DNA of 64,000 nucleotides from Lama glama. Taxonomy: Eukaryota. Within the stretch, counting starts at the first letter, position 1; each line of letters opens with the position of its first letter. Below, piece by piece: positions 48,794 to 59,734 of the stretch. The notes under the pieces are model-generated. The model ran no database searches. It was given only the letters and a program-made list of their open reading frames with translations, and was not told the DNA's origin. The DNA lies in contig CM052816.1 of NCBI GenBank assembly GCA_028534125.1, positions 310,001 through 374,000 on the forward strand. The letters are read 5' to 3'. Both the position numbers and the translations under genes were made by a program.

Positions 48794-49801
48794 GTGCGTG
48801 GCTGCAGCTGGCTCCAGAGGGAGGGGCCAGGGTACTGGAGGCATGGGGGTGCCTCCATCTGGGGGACCTACCTACTCTTGGGGGCCAGGGGCTGCCCTGC
48901 TGAGTCTGGAGAGGTCAGGGCAGACTCCTGAAAGAGCGGGTCTGACAGGGTGTTAGGGGGCCCAGGTGTAGGCAGGCAGGTCAGGGGTGATGGGCAATGG
49001 AGCAAAGTGTGGGAGACTGGACTCACCCTGCTTGATAGAGTCCCACGGTATGAGGGATTCAACAGAGGCTGGAGGCGTTCACTCTGTGCCAGGGGGTGTG
49101 TGTAGGCAGGCACAGGGACCACAGAGGGGTGCTCAGGAGAGCCTCTGGGAGTTGGGGGGTGGGAGAGGTTGAGATGTTAAGCAGAGGATGCCCTGAAAGG
49201 GCTCCCAGGCTCCGAAGGTGGCTGCAGGCAGGCCAGATTCCTTCCACTTGCCCCTCTCAAGCCTGGGCCCGGTGCCCCGGCCACAGGGCAGATGCCTGGT
49301 GTCCTGTGTGCGTCATTGTGCTGGCCCTGCTCCCACAGTCCTCCTCTCTCCTGCATGCATGGCAGGCCTGCTCCCTCATGACCCCATAGTCCCTTGGTTG
49401 GTCTCTGATGATCTGGTCAGTTTGTGATGAGACTTGAAAGGGGAGGGTGGTGTGGCGAGTTGGTTCTAGAGCTGGATCCCCCCTCATTTTGGGTATCTGT
49501 CCTTCTGGACCATACAAGCATGGCTCCATGGCCACTGTGAAGGCAGCCGCCACCATCACAGCTCACAGCTCTCGGCCATCCAAACACCAGAGCATGGACA
49601 GCTGGTGGCCAGGAGACGTTTGCTGAGAGGGGCAGCAGGCCCTCTGGGAGTGGGGCTAGGGAGGGTGGGTGTGCAGGCTCCGTGGCGGGTCTCGGCCCTC
49701 CTGGGTCTGGCCTGGGACTGGGACAGGATTGACGCACCTGTCTTGAGGGGCAGCCTCCCTTGGGCCTGGCTGCTATGACAGCTGTCTCCCATGACCCACA
49801 G

Positions 49802-50074
49802 ACCTGCACGTGGGCATCACCAAGAGGCTGAAGACCGTGGAGGTGCTGGAGGGCGACAGCTGCCGCTTCGAGTGCATCCTGTCCCATGAGAACGCTGGCG
49901 ATGCGGCCGTGTGGACAGTTGGTGGGAAAACAGTGGGCAGCTCCGGCCGCTTCCGGGCTACACGCCAGGGCCGCAAGTACACTCTGGCAATCCAAGATGC
50001 AGCGCCGTGTGACGCTGGGGAGGTGGTCTTTTCCGTCCGGGACCTCACCTCCAAGGCCTCACTCGTTGTCAGAG
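49802..50074 (+). CDS. OBSCN: Obscurin Ig exon (DLHVGITKRLKTVEVLEG...), 273 nt
   Basis: CCACAG|AC and GAG|GTGGGT. Confidence 0.94.
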
Positions 50075-50706
50075 GTGGGTGATGGCGGCAGTGGGACCTG
50101 ACGGGGGCAGGTCGGGGGTCTCTCTCCAGGGTCGGGGCCTCCCAGGCAGCCGCGGGCACCATGGGGGGTACTTCTGGGTATTGCTTCCCAGCCCCTCGTT
50201 GGGGCCCAGAGGCATCTTTTGTGGGTACTGGGGAATCGTGGTCACCCAGGGGTTTAGTTTGTAGGACAAGGTTCTGGAGCCTTGGGCACGAGCAGGGCTT
50301 CTGATCTCCAATCTGTAGTTGGACTGCCTTGGTACCCCCAGGCTGCATGACTCATGGAGCTGGTGAAATTACCATTGGCATTTCTGAGCTGTCACTTACA
50401 GCATAAATGCCTGGTGCTCATAGCACGGGCTTGTGGCCATGGTTTGAGTTGCAGGGCATCTGAGAGATGCTGAGAACGTAAGATTCTGTGGCTGAATACC
50501 TCTCTCCCCCAGGGTCCCCGCCTGGCATTCCAGAGCTCTGAGGTCCCAGAGTTTAAAGTTTTGGAGCCGTAGGTTCTGTGGTCTCGGCTTCCCGGGTCAG
50601 AGGTTCCTGAATGCCTGCCCTGCCCTCACCCCAGGCGTGATGAGGGCCGTGGCCGTGGGTGGACCTGTGGCCATGCCTCATGGGCCGCCGTCTCTGCTGC
50701 TTTCAG

Positions 50707-50973
50707 AGAGGCCGGTTGACATCATGAAGCCGTTGGAGGACCAACAGGCTGTGCTGGGCGAGGATGTGATGTTGAGGTGTGAGCTTTCACGGGTGGGTAC
50801 CCCGGTGCGCTGGCTGAAGGATGGCAAGGCCATTCGGAAGAGTCAGAAGTATGAGCTGCTCACCGAGGGCACTCAGGCCACGCTCATCGTCCACGCGGCC
50901 TCACTCAAAGATTCGGGCAACTACACCTGTGAGACAGACACCTCCAAAAGCACAGCCAGCCTCCGCGTGGAAG
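50707..50973 (+). CDS. OBSCN: Obscurin Ig exon (ERPVDIMKPLEDQQAVLG...), 267 nt
   Basis: TTTCAG|AG and AAG|GTAACC. Confidence 0.94.
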
Positions 50974-51222
50974 GTAACCCCCACGAGAGAGCCTGGGACA
51001 GCCCCTGTGGCTTTTGTCCCTGCGTGTGACTGCCCCCTTGAGGCCCGAGCCGCTCTGTCCCAGGCAGGAACGGAGGAGCGCCCAGCAAGGAAGGCGCTTT
51101 CCCAGGCCCTTGGGGTTCTGCGGGTGGGCCAGGAGAATTCCCTGTGGTGGGACTGACTTCCCGCCCTGCATGGGGTCTGCACAGGCCTCACCCTCCCACC
51201 CACTGTTGTCCCCTTCCTCCAG

Positions 51223-51489
51223 AAAAGCCAAACCGGTTCACGGAGGAGCTAGCCGACCTGCAGGTGGAGGAGAAGGGCACGGCCGTGTTTGTCTGTAAGA
51301 CGGAGCGCCCTGCGGCTACGGTGACCTGGCGCAAGGGCCTCACGGAGCTGCCAGCCTCGGGGAAGCACGTGCCCAGCCAGGAGGGCCTGACCCTGAAGCT
51401 CACCATCAGCGCCCTGGAGAAGGTGGACAGTGACACTTACACCTGCGACATCGGCCAGGCCCAGTCCCAGGCCCGGCTCCTCGTGCAAG
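51223..51489 (+). CDS. OBSCN: Obscurin Ig exon (EKPNRFTEELADLQVEEKG...), 267 nt
   Basis: CTCCAG|AA and AAG|GTGAGG. Confidence 0.94.
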
Positions 51490-52159
51490 GTGAGGCCCCG
51501 GGCGCTGCAATGTCGCTCTCCTTTGTGCACCAGATTTCACAGCCCTCGGGGTGCTCAGGTGTAAGCTTGGTTTCGGGTAGACTTGGAGGTGGTCAGAGAT
51601 CAGAGCACTGCCTGGCCCTGGGCAAACTCAGCTTCGGTCTCCCTGTCTCTGATGGGGGGTTGCTGTGGGTGGTCTTGTCCTGAGTCCCTCCCAGCTGGGC
51701 CTTGTATAAAGGAGTCAGCAGCCCTCATTTATCTGGGCATTCATTTGCGCAGTGAGTGTTTCTGGAGCCCGTCCAGTGTGTGCCCCGCCCCACCCCACCC
51801 CCTATTTTCTGCATGTTCTTATCATTCTCCCTTTCCACTGATGAGGAAACTGGGGCCATTACTTGGGGTTGTTGGCTGGCCCAGGGTCGTAGGGCCGGTA
51901 GGTCAGGGTTCAGCCCAGTCCTCCTGACCCCAGGGCCGTTGTCCAGGGTGAAATCAGCGGGAGATCCTTCCCGGGGTCTTTCCACTGGAAGAAACAAAAG
52001 GAATAGCAAAGAAGCCTCACTTTTGATTTTTTTTTCTCTTTTTCAATGAAATACAGTGAATCCACTGAATTCAGTGAGAGCATTTTGTTAGCGCAGTCGA
52101 AGCGCAACTGTCTAATAAAATGGATATCTATGCTTTAAAAAAGTCAGTTAAAGTGAATG

Positions 52160-52608
52160 TCATCTCAATAGATGCAGAAGAAGCATTTGATAAAATGCAA
52201 CACCCATTTATGATAAAAACTCTCACGAAAGTGGGCATAGAGGGAACACATCTCAACATGATAAAAGCTATATATGACAAACCTACAGCCAGCATAGCAC
52301 TCAATGGTGAAAAACTCAAAAGCTTCCCACTAAAATCTGGGACAAGACAAGGATGCCCACTATCACCACTCCTATTCAACATAGTCCTGGAAGTCCTAGC
52401 CACAGCAGTCAGGCAAGAGAAAGAAATAAAAGGGATCCAAATTGGAAAAGAAGAGGTAAAGGTGTCATTATATGCTGATGACATGTTACTATATATAGAA
52501 AACCCTAAAAGGTCCACACAAAAGCTACTAGAGCTGATTGAAGAATTCAGCAAGGAAGCAGGTTACAAAATTAATGTACAAAAATCAGTTGCATTTCTTT
52601 ACACTAAT
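52160..52608 (+). mobile_element. Isolated internal LINE-1 ORF2 fragment (reverse transcriptase core); no 3' UTR or poly(A)
   Basis: Uninterrupted frame [21 protein letters not shown]...[21 protein letters not shown]...LYADDMLLY...[23 protein letters not shown] occurs at both junctions. Confidence 0.93.
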
Positions 52609-53346
52609 GTCACATAATAACAAAACGTGCTCTTTAAAAAATGTAAGACACACAGACTTGTGCCTGTCTGCTGCTGTCAGCCAGAGCTGTTTCTTTGTGT
52701 GTCAGTTCACAAATCAGAATTCCTTCTCTCCTTTGCATTCATCGCCCTCCCAAAGTGCCATCTATGCTTTTCCGGTGACCAGTAGCTTCAAGACAACTGT
52801 GGATGCAGAAGGAATCTGGAAGCCAATCCATTTCTATTTTTATGACTTCTTTCTAAGTTTTCACCATACCTAAGACAGCAGCAGAAATAACAAAACAAAA
52901 CAAAAAAACCCACCAGCTTTTTTTCCCTAGGAATTCCCGCTGTCAGTCCTCCAAAGCATCTGATTTAAATTTTATCGTAGCCTACCATCTTTTTGTCACA
53001 CTCCCCTTTCTTCTGTTAATACGAGATTTAGTTGTGTTGTGGCTTCTATGACAGGCACACCTGGCATGGACAGGTTAGGGGGCACAACTTGATGGGGGGG
53101 CGCTCCCCTTGTGTGCTCTGCAGAAGGACCCCAGAGTTGGGTTGGGGAACAGTTGGCAGGCCTAAAGCAAATCCGTTTGGACAGTTCAGTTTGGATCCAC
53201 TTACTGTCTTCTGAGTTTTGTCACCCTGAGACTGTTACGATCATTTGCTGGCTTCCTGCCCTGAGCCTCCCCCAGGTCTTGGGGAGCATCTGTTTCCCTT
53301 GGCAGCTGGCCCCGGGTCCCTGACACGCCCGTGTGTGCCCCTGCAG

Positions 53347-53619
53347 GCCAGAGAGTGCTCATCACGGAGGACCTGGAGGACGTGGAGGTGCAGGAGGGCT
53401 GCCCGGCCACCTTCTGCTGCCGCATCTCCCCCGCTGACTACAAGCCCGTCCACTGGTTCTTGGACAAGACCCCCCTGTACGCCAGCGAACTCAACCAGAT
53501 CGAGGCCCAGCCGGGCGGCTACCATGTGCTGACCCTGCGGCAGCTAGCGCTCAAGGACTCAGGCACTGTCCACTTTGAGGCAGGTGACCAGCGGGCCTCG
53601 GCCACCCTGCGGGTCACAG
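53347..53619 (+). CDS. OBSCN: Obscurin Ig exon (GQRVLITEDLEDVEVQEG...), 273 nt
   Basis: CTGCAG|GC and CAG|GTAGGC. Confidence 0.94.
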
Positions 53620-54058
53620 GTAGGCCACGTGCCCAGTGTCTGGTGCCACTAAGGGGGCCGGTCCAAGGCTAAGGGTGCAACCTCAAGGCAGTGGTTTGGC
53701 CACACACCGAATGTGGCCCAGGGCTCACAGAGAAGGCACCGTGGGCTCCCCGTGGGCTGGGCGGGGCCTTAATCCCAGGGAGCGGGGCTTGGGAGGCTGA
53801 GTGGCGCTGTCTCAAGATGTGTTGTTGCACGTGGTATGCAAAAGCGAACTCAGGATCAGTGTCGTTTGGGCTGGGCCCCACCCCTATGGAGTGCGGAGCC
53901 ACAAGAAGCCTGTCCTGTTCCCTCCTGAGCGATGTTTGCAGCCCAGGCTGAGGGGGACAGGTGGACACTGACCAGCGGTGCTGCCTGGTCTACAGCAAGA
54001 CCTGGGGCTTCTCCTTCAAGAACCTCCAAACATCCTATGCTTTCCTCTCTGTCTCCAG

Positions 54059-54325
54059 AGAAGCCGAGCGTCTTCTCCCAGGAGCTCACAGACGCCACGG
54101 TCATGGAAGGGGAGGACCTGACCCTGGTCTGTGAGACTGCTGCCTCAGACAGCTCCGTGTACTGGACCAAGGACGGGAAGGCCCTGCGGCCTTCAGCCCG
54201 GTGCCGGCTGACCTATGAGGGTCGCCAGGCCCAACTGGTCATCACTGGCACCACCCTGCAAGACAGTGGGCGTTACAAGTGTGAGGCCGGGGGTGCCTGG
54301 AGCAGCTCCATAGTCAGGGTCCATG
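54059..54325 (+). CDS. OBSCN: Obscurin Ig exon (EKPSVFSQELTDATVMEG...), 267 nt
   Basis: CTCCAG|AG and ATG|GTGAGC. Confidence 0.94.
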
Positions 54326-54718
54326 GTGAGCACCTGGGGGGCACCGGGCAGCCTCCAGCCACACTCGGGGCACCTGTGTCTTTCATCTTGCTAAGGTCTC
54401 GGGGGGACCCCAGGACTCCATCCAACTCCTCTCTCCATCTCCGCCCCCTGTGTGTGTGTTTGAGTCTGGGTGGGGGTGTTCTGAGGCTCCCTCTGTCCAC
54501 CTATGTCTTTTCAACAGTTGGTCCCTCTAGCGTTGCTCCTTAACCCCCATCTCTGGGTCTCTGCTGCTTCCAGTAGCCTCCCTCAGCCACTCTTGGTCTC
54601 TTGACCAGCCGTGTCTTTTTTTACTTCATTCCTGACTTTGTCTTGTGTTCTGACATCTCCGTATCATCCTTCTCTTGGCTTGGTTCATCTACATTTATAC
54701 CTCAGTCAGCTCGGGCTG

Positions 54719-55218
54719 NNNNNNNNNNNNNNNNNNNNNNNNNNNNNNNNNNNNNNNNNNNNNNNNNNNNNNNNNNNNNNNNNNNNNNNNNNNNNNNNNN
54801 NNNNNNNNNNNNNNNNNNNNNNNNNNNNNNNNNNNNNNNNNNNNNNNNNNNNNNNNNNNNNNNNNNNNNNNNNNNNNNNNNNNNNNNNNNNNNNNNNNNN
54901 NNNNNNNNNNNNNNNNNNNNNNNNNNNNNNNNNNNNNNNNNNNNNNNNNNNNNNNNNNNNNNNNNNNNNNNNNNNNNNNNNNNNNNNNNNNNNNNNNNNN
55001 NNNNNNNNNNNNNNNNNNNNNNNNNNNNNNNNNNNNNNNNNNNNNNNNNNNNNNNNNNNNNNNNNNNNNNNNNNNNNNNNNNNNNNNNNNNNNNNNNNNN
55101 NNNNNNNNNNNNNNNNNNNNNNNNNNNNNNNNNNNNNNNNNNNNNNNNNNNNNNNNNNNNNNNNNNNNNNNNNNNNNNNNNNNNNNNNNNNNNNNNNNNN
55201 NNNNNNNNNNNNNNNNNN
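54719..55218. other. Assembly gap (500 N) at the start of array B
   Basis: Run of exactly 500 N. Confidence 1.
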
Positions 55219-55501
55219 ATTATTGATTTTATGGTATCCCACTGCATTCATCCCACCTTCCCTACTCATCTCAGTATCACCCTCTTCTCTTAGCTCCATG
55301 GATTTCCTCCCACCTTCCTGGCTGTTGTATGAACCATAAGAAACCAGCTTCTGAGCTACTTCCCTCCCAGTGTATCACTGCTGGTTCTGTCCTGTTGTCC
55401 TGTTTTCCTGTTGGTCTCGGTCTTTTCCTCTGTCATGTCCAGTCTTGTCTCTAAAGTTCTCCTGAGACTCTGATGTTCTATGTCTGTCTGACCCTCCCCA
55501 G

Positions 55502-55765
55502 CCCTGCCTGCCAAGTTCACAAAGGACCTGAAGAAGGAAGAGGCCAAGGAAGGGGCAACGGTCATGCTACACTGTGAGCTGAGCAAGGAGGCCCCCGTGG
55601 AGTGGAGGAAGGGGCTGGAGACCCTCAGAACTGGGGACAGAGTGAGCCTGAAGCAGGACGGGGTCCTCTGTGAGCTGAAGATCCGTGGCCTGACTATGGC
55701 AGACGCTGGGGAGTACTCGTGCGTGTGTGGGCAGGAGAGAACCTCGGCCACGCTCACCGTCAAGG
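55502..55765 (+). CDS. OBSCN: Obscurin array-B Ig exon B1 (ALPAKFTKDLKKEEAKEG...), 264 nt
   Basis: CCCCAG|CC and AGG|GTAAAG. Confidence 0.93.
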
Positions 55766-56315
55766 GTAAAGACCATGTGTGGCCAAGCAGAGCTCTGTTT
55801 TGGTGTCCAATTATTCACTTGATGGCATATACCTGGATTCATCCCAATTACCTTCATCTCAGTGTCACCCTGTTCTTGTAACTCCATGGAATTCCCTCCA
55901 TCTTCCTGGGTTATTGTGTGAACCAGGAGAAACCAACATCTGAGCTACCCCAATCCTTGTGTCACTGCTGGTTCTGTCCTGCTGTTCTGTAAGAATCTGT
56001 ATCTTTTCCACTGTCCTGAGCTGTCCTTTCCCACAATGATCTCTGGAGAATCTGATGTTCTCCACACCTTCCAACCTTCTCCAACCCTGCCCCCAGATTC
56101 ACATGAAACATGAGGCCCGAGGAGTCCAGGGAAGGGGCCACAACCACAGCTTGAGCAGGGAGGGCTGAGGAAAGCCACAGTCCTCAGCGTTGCCTGGCAC
56201 AGCCAGCATGTGGCCCCTGTCCATTTGGGCTTTGTGTCTTCTCTGTGGTGTCCACGTCCTGCCTCATCTGTGTGCTCAGGGAGTGTGATCATGCTCATGT
56301 CTCCATCCTTCCCAG

Positions 56316-56579
56316 CCCTGCCCATCAAGTTCACAAAGGGCCTGAAGAAGGAAGAGGCCAAGGAAGGGGCAACAGTTACACTGCGCTGTGAGCTGAGCAA
56401 GGAGGCCCCTGTGGAGTGGAGGAAGGGGACAGAGATCCTCAGACCTGGGGACAGAGTCAACCTGAGGCAGGACGGGGCCATGTGTGAGCTGGAGATCCGT
56501 GACCTGACCATGGCAGACGCTGGGGAGTACTCGTGCGTGTGTGGGCAGGAGAGAACCTCAGCCACGCTCAACGTCAAGG
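56316..56579 (+). CDS. OBSCN: Obscurin array-B Ig exon B2 (ALPIKFTKGLKKEEAKEG...), 264 nt
   Basis: TCCCAG|CC and AGG|GTAAAG. Confidence 0.93.
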
Positions 56580-56898
56580 GTAAAGACTACGTGTGGCCAA
56601 ACATAGCTGTGTTTGGTGTCCAGTTGTTGACTTGATGGCATCTCCCTGCATTCATGCCACCTTCCCTCCTCATCTCAGTGTCAACCCCTTCTCATAGCTC
56701 CATGGAATTCCTCCCACCTTCCTGGGCTTTTGTGTGAACCAGGAGAAACCAGCATCTGAGCTACTTCCCACCCAGGATGTCACTGCTGGTTCAGTGCCAT
56801 TGGCCTGCTGGTCTCTGTCTTATCCTCTGTCGTGTCATGTCCTGTCTCCAAAGTTCTCCTGAGACTCTGAAGTTTTATGTCTGTCTGACCCTCCCCAG

Positions 56899-57162
56899 CC
56901 CTACCTGCCAAGTTCATAAAGGGCCTGATGAAGGAAGAGGCCACAGAAGGAGCCAGAGCTGTACTGTGCTGTGAGCTGAACAAGGAGGCCCCCGTGGAGT
57001 GGAGGAAGGGGCCCAAGACCCTCAAATCTGAGGACAGACTGACGCTGAGGCATGACGGTGCTGTGTGTGAGCTGGAGATCCGTGGCCTGACCATGGCGGA
57101 TGCTGGAGAGTACTCGTGCGTGTGTGGGCAGGAGAGAACCTTGGGCACACTCATCGTCAAGG
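56899..57162 (+). CDS. OBSCN: Obscurin array-B Ig exon B3, 264 nt
   Basis: CCCCAG|CC and AGG|GTAAAG; open frame. Confidence 0.93.
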
Positions 57163-57480
57163 GTAAAGACCACATGTGGCCAAGCAGAGATGTGTTTGCT
57201 GTCTAATTGTTGACTTGATGGTTTCTCCCTGCACTCATCCCACCTTCCCACCCATCTCAGCATCACCTTCTTCTCTTAGCTCCATGGAATTCCTTCCACC
57301 TTCCTGGGCTGTTGTGTGAACCAGGAGAAACCAGCATCTGAGCTACTTCCCACCCGTCATGTCAGTGCTGGTTCTGTGCCGTTGGCCTGCTGGTCTCTGT
57401 CTTTTCCTCTGTCGTGTCATGTCCTGTCTCCAAAGTTCTGTCACGACTGTGATGTTCTGTGTCTGTATGACCCTTTCCAG

Positions 57481-57744
57481 CCCTGCCTGCTGAGTTCATA
57501 GGCAGAATGAGAAGCAAGGAAGCCACAGAAGGGGCCACGGCCACCCTGTACTGTGAGCTGAACAAGGAGGCCCCTGTGGAGTGGAAAAAGGGGCTTGAGA
57601 CCCTCAGAGCTGGGGACAGAGTGAGCCTGAAGCAGGACGGGGCCGTGTGTGAGCTGGAGATCCGTGACCTGACCATGGCAGATGCTGGGGAGTACTCGTG
57701 CGTGTGTGGGCAGGAGAGAACCTCAGCCACGCTCACCGTCAAGG
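57481..57744 (+). CDS. OBSCN: Obscurin array-B Ig exon B4 (ALPAEFIGRMRSKEATEG...), 264 nt
   Basis: TTCCAG|CC and AGG|GTAAAG. Confidence 0.93.
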
Positions 57745-58075
57745 GTAAAGATCATGTGTGGCCACACGGACTGCTGTTTGGTGTCTGCCCATTCCTTCTC
57801 TGCTCTCATTTTCCTTTTCTACCCTGCTCTCTCAGTGTGTCCTGGTCTTCCTTTCCTAATTATATCATTGTCCCTGTCTGGCTCCCTGGCTGTTCTGTGG
57901 CACATGTATAGGTTGGATCTTTTAAAGTCACAGTCCCGGGAGTGTGCTGGGTGCACCCATCAAGTGGTCTGTGTCCTCCTGACTTGTGTGTCTTCTGTGT
58001 ACTGTCCATAACCTGGTTTTTCTGTGTGTTCAGGAGCATGAGAGTGTTTGTTTGTGTCTTTCTGACCATCTCTAG

Positions 58076-58339
58076 CCCTGCCTGCCAAGTTCACAAAGGA
58101 CCTGAGGAAGGAAGAGGCCACAGAAGGAACCACAGCTACACTGTGCTGTGAGCTGAGCAAGGAGGCCCCCGTGGAGTGGAGGAAGGGGCCCAAGACCCTC
58201 AAATCTGAGGACAGAGTGACCCTGAGGCAGGACGGGGCCATGTGTGAGCTGGAGATCCGTGGCCTGACCATGGCGGATGCTGGGGAGTACTCGTGCATGT
58301 GTGGGCAGGAGAGAACCTCAGCCACGCTCACCGTCAAGG
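58076..58339 (+). CDS. OBSCN: Obscurin array-B Ig exon B5, 264 nt
   Basis: CTCTAG|CC and AGG|GTAAAG. Confidence 0.93.
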
Positions 58340-58888
58340 GTAAAGACCATGTGTGGTCCAGCAGAGCTCTGTTTTGGTGTCCAGTTATTGACTTGATGGC
58401 ATCTCTCTGTACTCATCCCACCTCCCCTCCTCACTTCAGTGTCAGCCTCTTCCCAGAGCTCCATGGAATTCCTTCCACCTTCCTGGGCTGTTGTGTGAAC
58501 CTGGACAGACCAGCATCTGAGCTACTTCCCACCCCGCATGTCACTGCTGCTTCTGTCCTGTTGTCCCGTCAGAGTCTGTGTCCTTTCCTCTGACCTGTCC
58601 TGTTGTGTCCCACAATGATCTCTGGAGAATCTGATGTTCTCCACACCTTCCAACCTTCTCCAACCCTGCCCCCCAGATTCACATGAAACATGAGGCCCAG
58701 GGAAGGGGCCACAACCACAAGTTGAGCAGGGAGGGCTGAGGAAAGCCACAGTCCTCAGTGTTGACTGGCACAGCCAGCATGTGGCCCCTGTCCATTTGGG
58801 CTTTGTGTCTTCTCTGTGGTGTCCACGTCCTGCCTTATCTGTGTGCTCAGGGGGTGTGGTCATGCTCATCTCTCTCCATCCTTCCCAG

Positions 58889-59152
58889 CCCTGCCCATCA
58901 AGTTCACAAAGGGCCTGAAGAAGGAAGAGGCCAAGGAAGGGGCAACAGTTACACTGCAATGTGAGCTGAGCAAGGAGGCTCCTGTGGAGTGGAGGAAGGG
59001 GCCAGAGGTCCTCCAATCTGGGGACAGAGTCAACCTGAGGCAGGACGGAGTTGTGTGTGAGCTGGAGATCCGTGGCCTGACCGTGGCAGATGCTGGGGAG
59101 TACTCGTGCGTGTGTGGGCAGGAGAGAACCTCAGCCATGCTGACCATCATGG
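58889..59152 (+). CDS. OBSCN: Obscurin array-B Ig exon B6 (ALPIKFTKGLKKEEAKEG...), 264 nt
   Basis: TCCCAG|CC and TGG|GTAAAG. Confidence 0.93.
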
Positions 59153-59470
59153 GTAAAGACAACATGTGGCCAAGCAGAGCTGTGTTTGGTGTCCAATTAT
59201 TGACTTGATGGCATCTCCCTGCACTCATCCTGCCTTCCCTTCTCATGTCAGTGTCACCCCATTGTTATAATTCCATGGAATTCCTTCTGCCTTTCCGTGC
59301 TGCTGTGTGAACCAGGAAAAACCAGTGTGTGAGCTACTTCCCACCCAGCATGTCACTGCTGCTTCTGTCCCTTTGGCTGTTAGTCTCTGTCTTTTCCTCT
59401 GTCGTGTGATGTCCTGTCTCCAAAGTTCTCCTGAGACTTTCATGTTCTATGTCTGTCTGACCCTCCCCAG

Positions 59471-59734
59471 CCCTGCCTGCCAAGTTCATAAAGGACCTGA
59501 GGAAGGAAGAGGCCACAGAAGGGGCCACAGTGATGCTGTGTTGTGAGCTGAGCAAGGAGGCCCCCGTGGAGTGGAAGAAGGGGCCGGAGACCCTCAGAAC
59601 TGGGGACAGAGTGACTCTGAGGCAGGACGGGGCCATGTGTGAGCTGGAGATCCGTGGCCTGACTATGGCAGATGCTGGGGAGTACTCGTGCGTGTGTGGG
59701 CAGGAGAGAACCTCGGCCACGCTCACCGTCAGGG
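59471..59734 (+). CDS. OBSCN: Obscurin array-B Ig exon B7, 264 nt
   Basis: CCCCAG|CC and GGG|GTAAAC. Confidence 0.93.

Noticed and set aside
52120..52617. Stand-alone reverse-transcriptase gene or retron/DGR-like system linked to the exon arrays
   Set aside because: The sequence is a plain L1 ORF2 fragment lacking the N-terminal RT motifs, with no promoter or template evidence. Nothing links it to the array variation.
55502..59734. CRISPR-like or VNTR array
   Set aside because: The repeat units are spliceosomal exons with introns in a mammalian gene.
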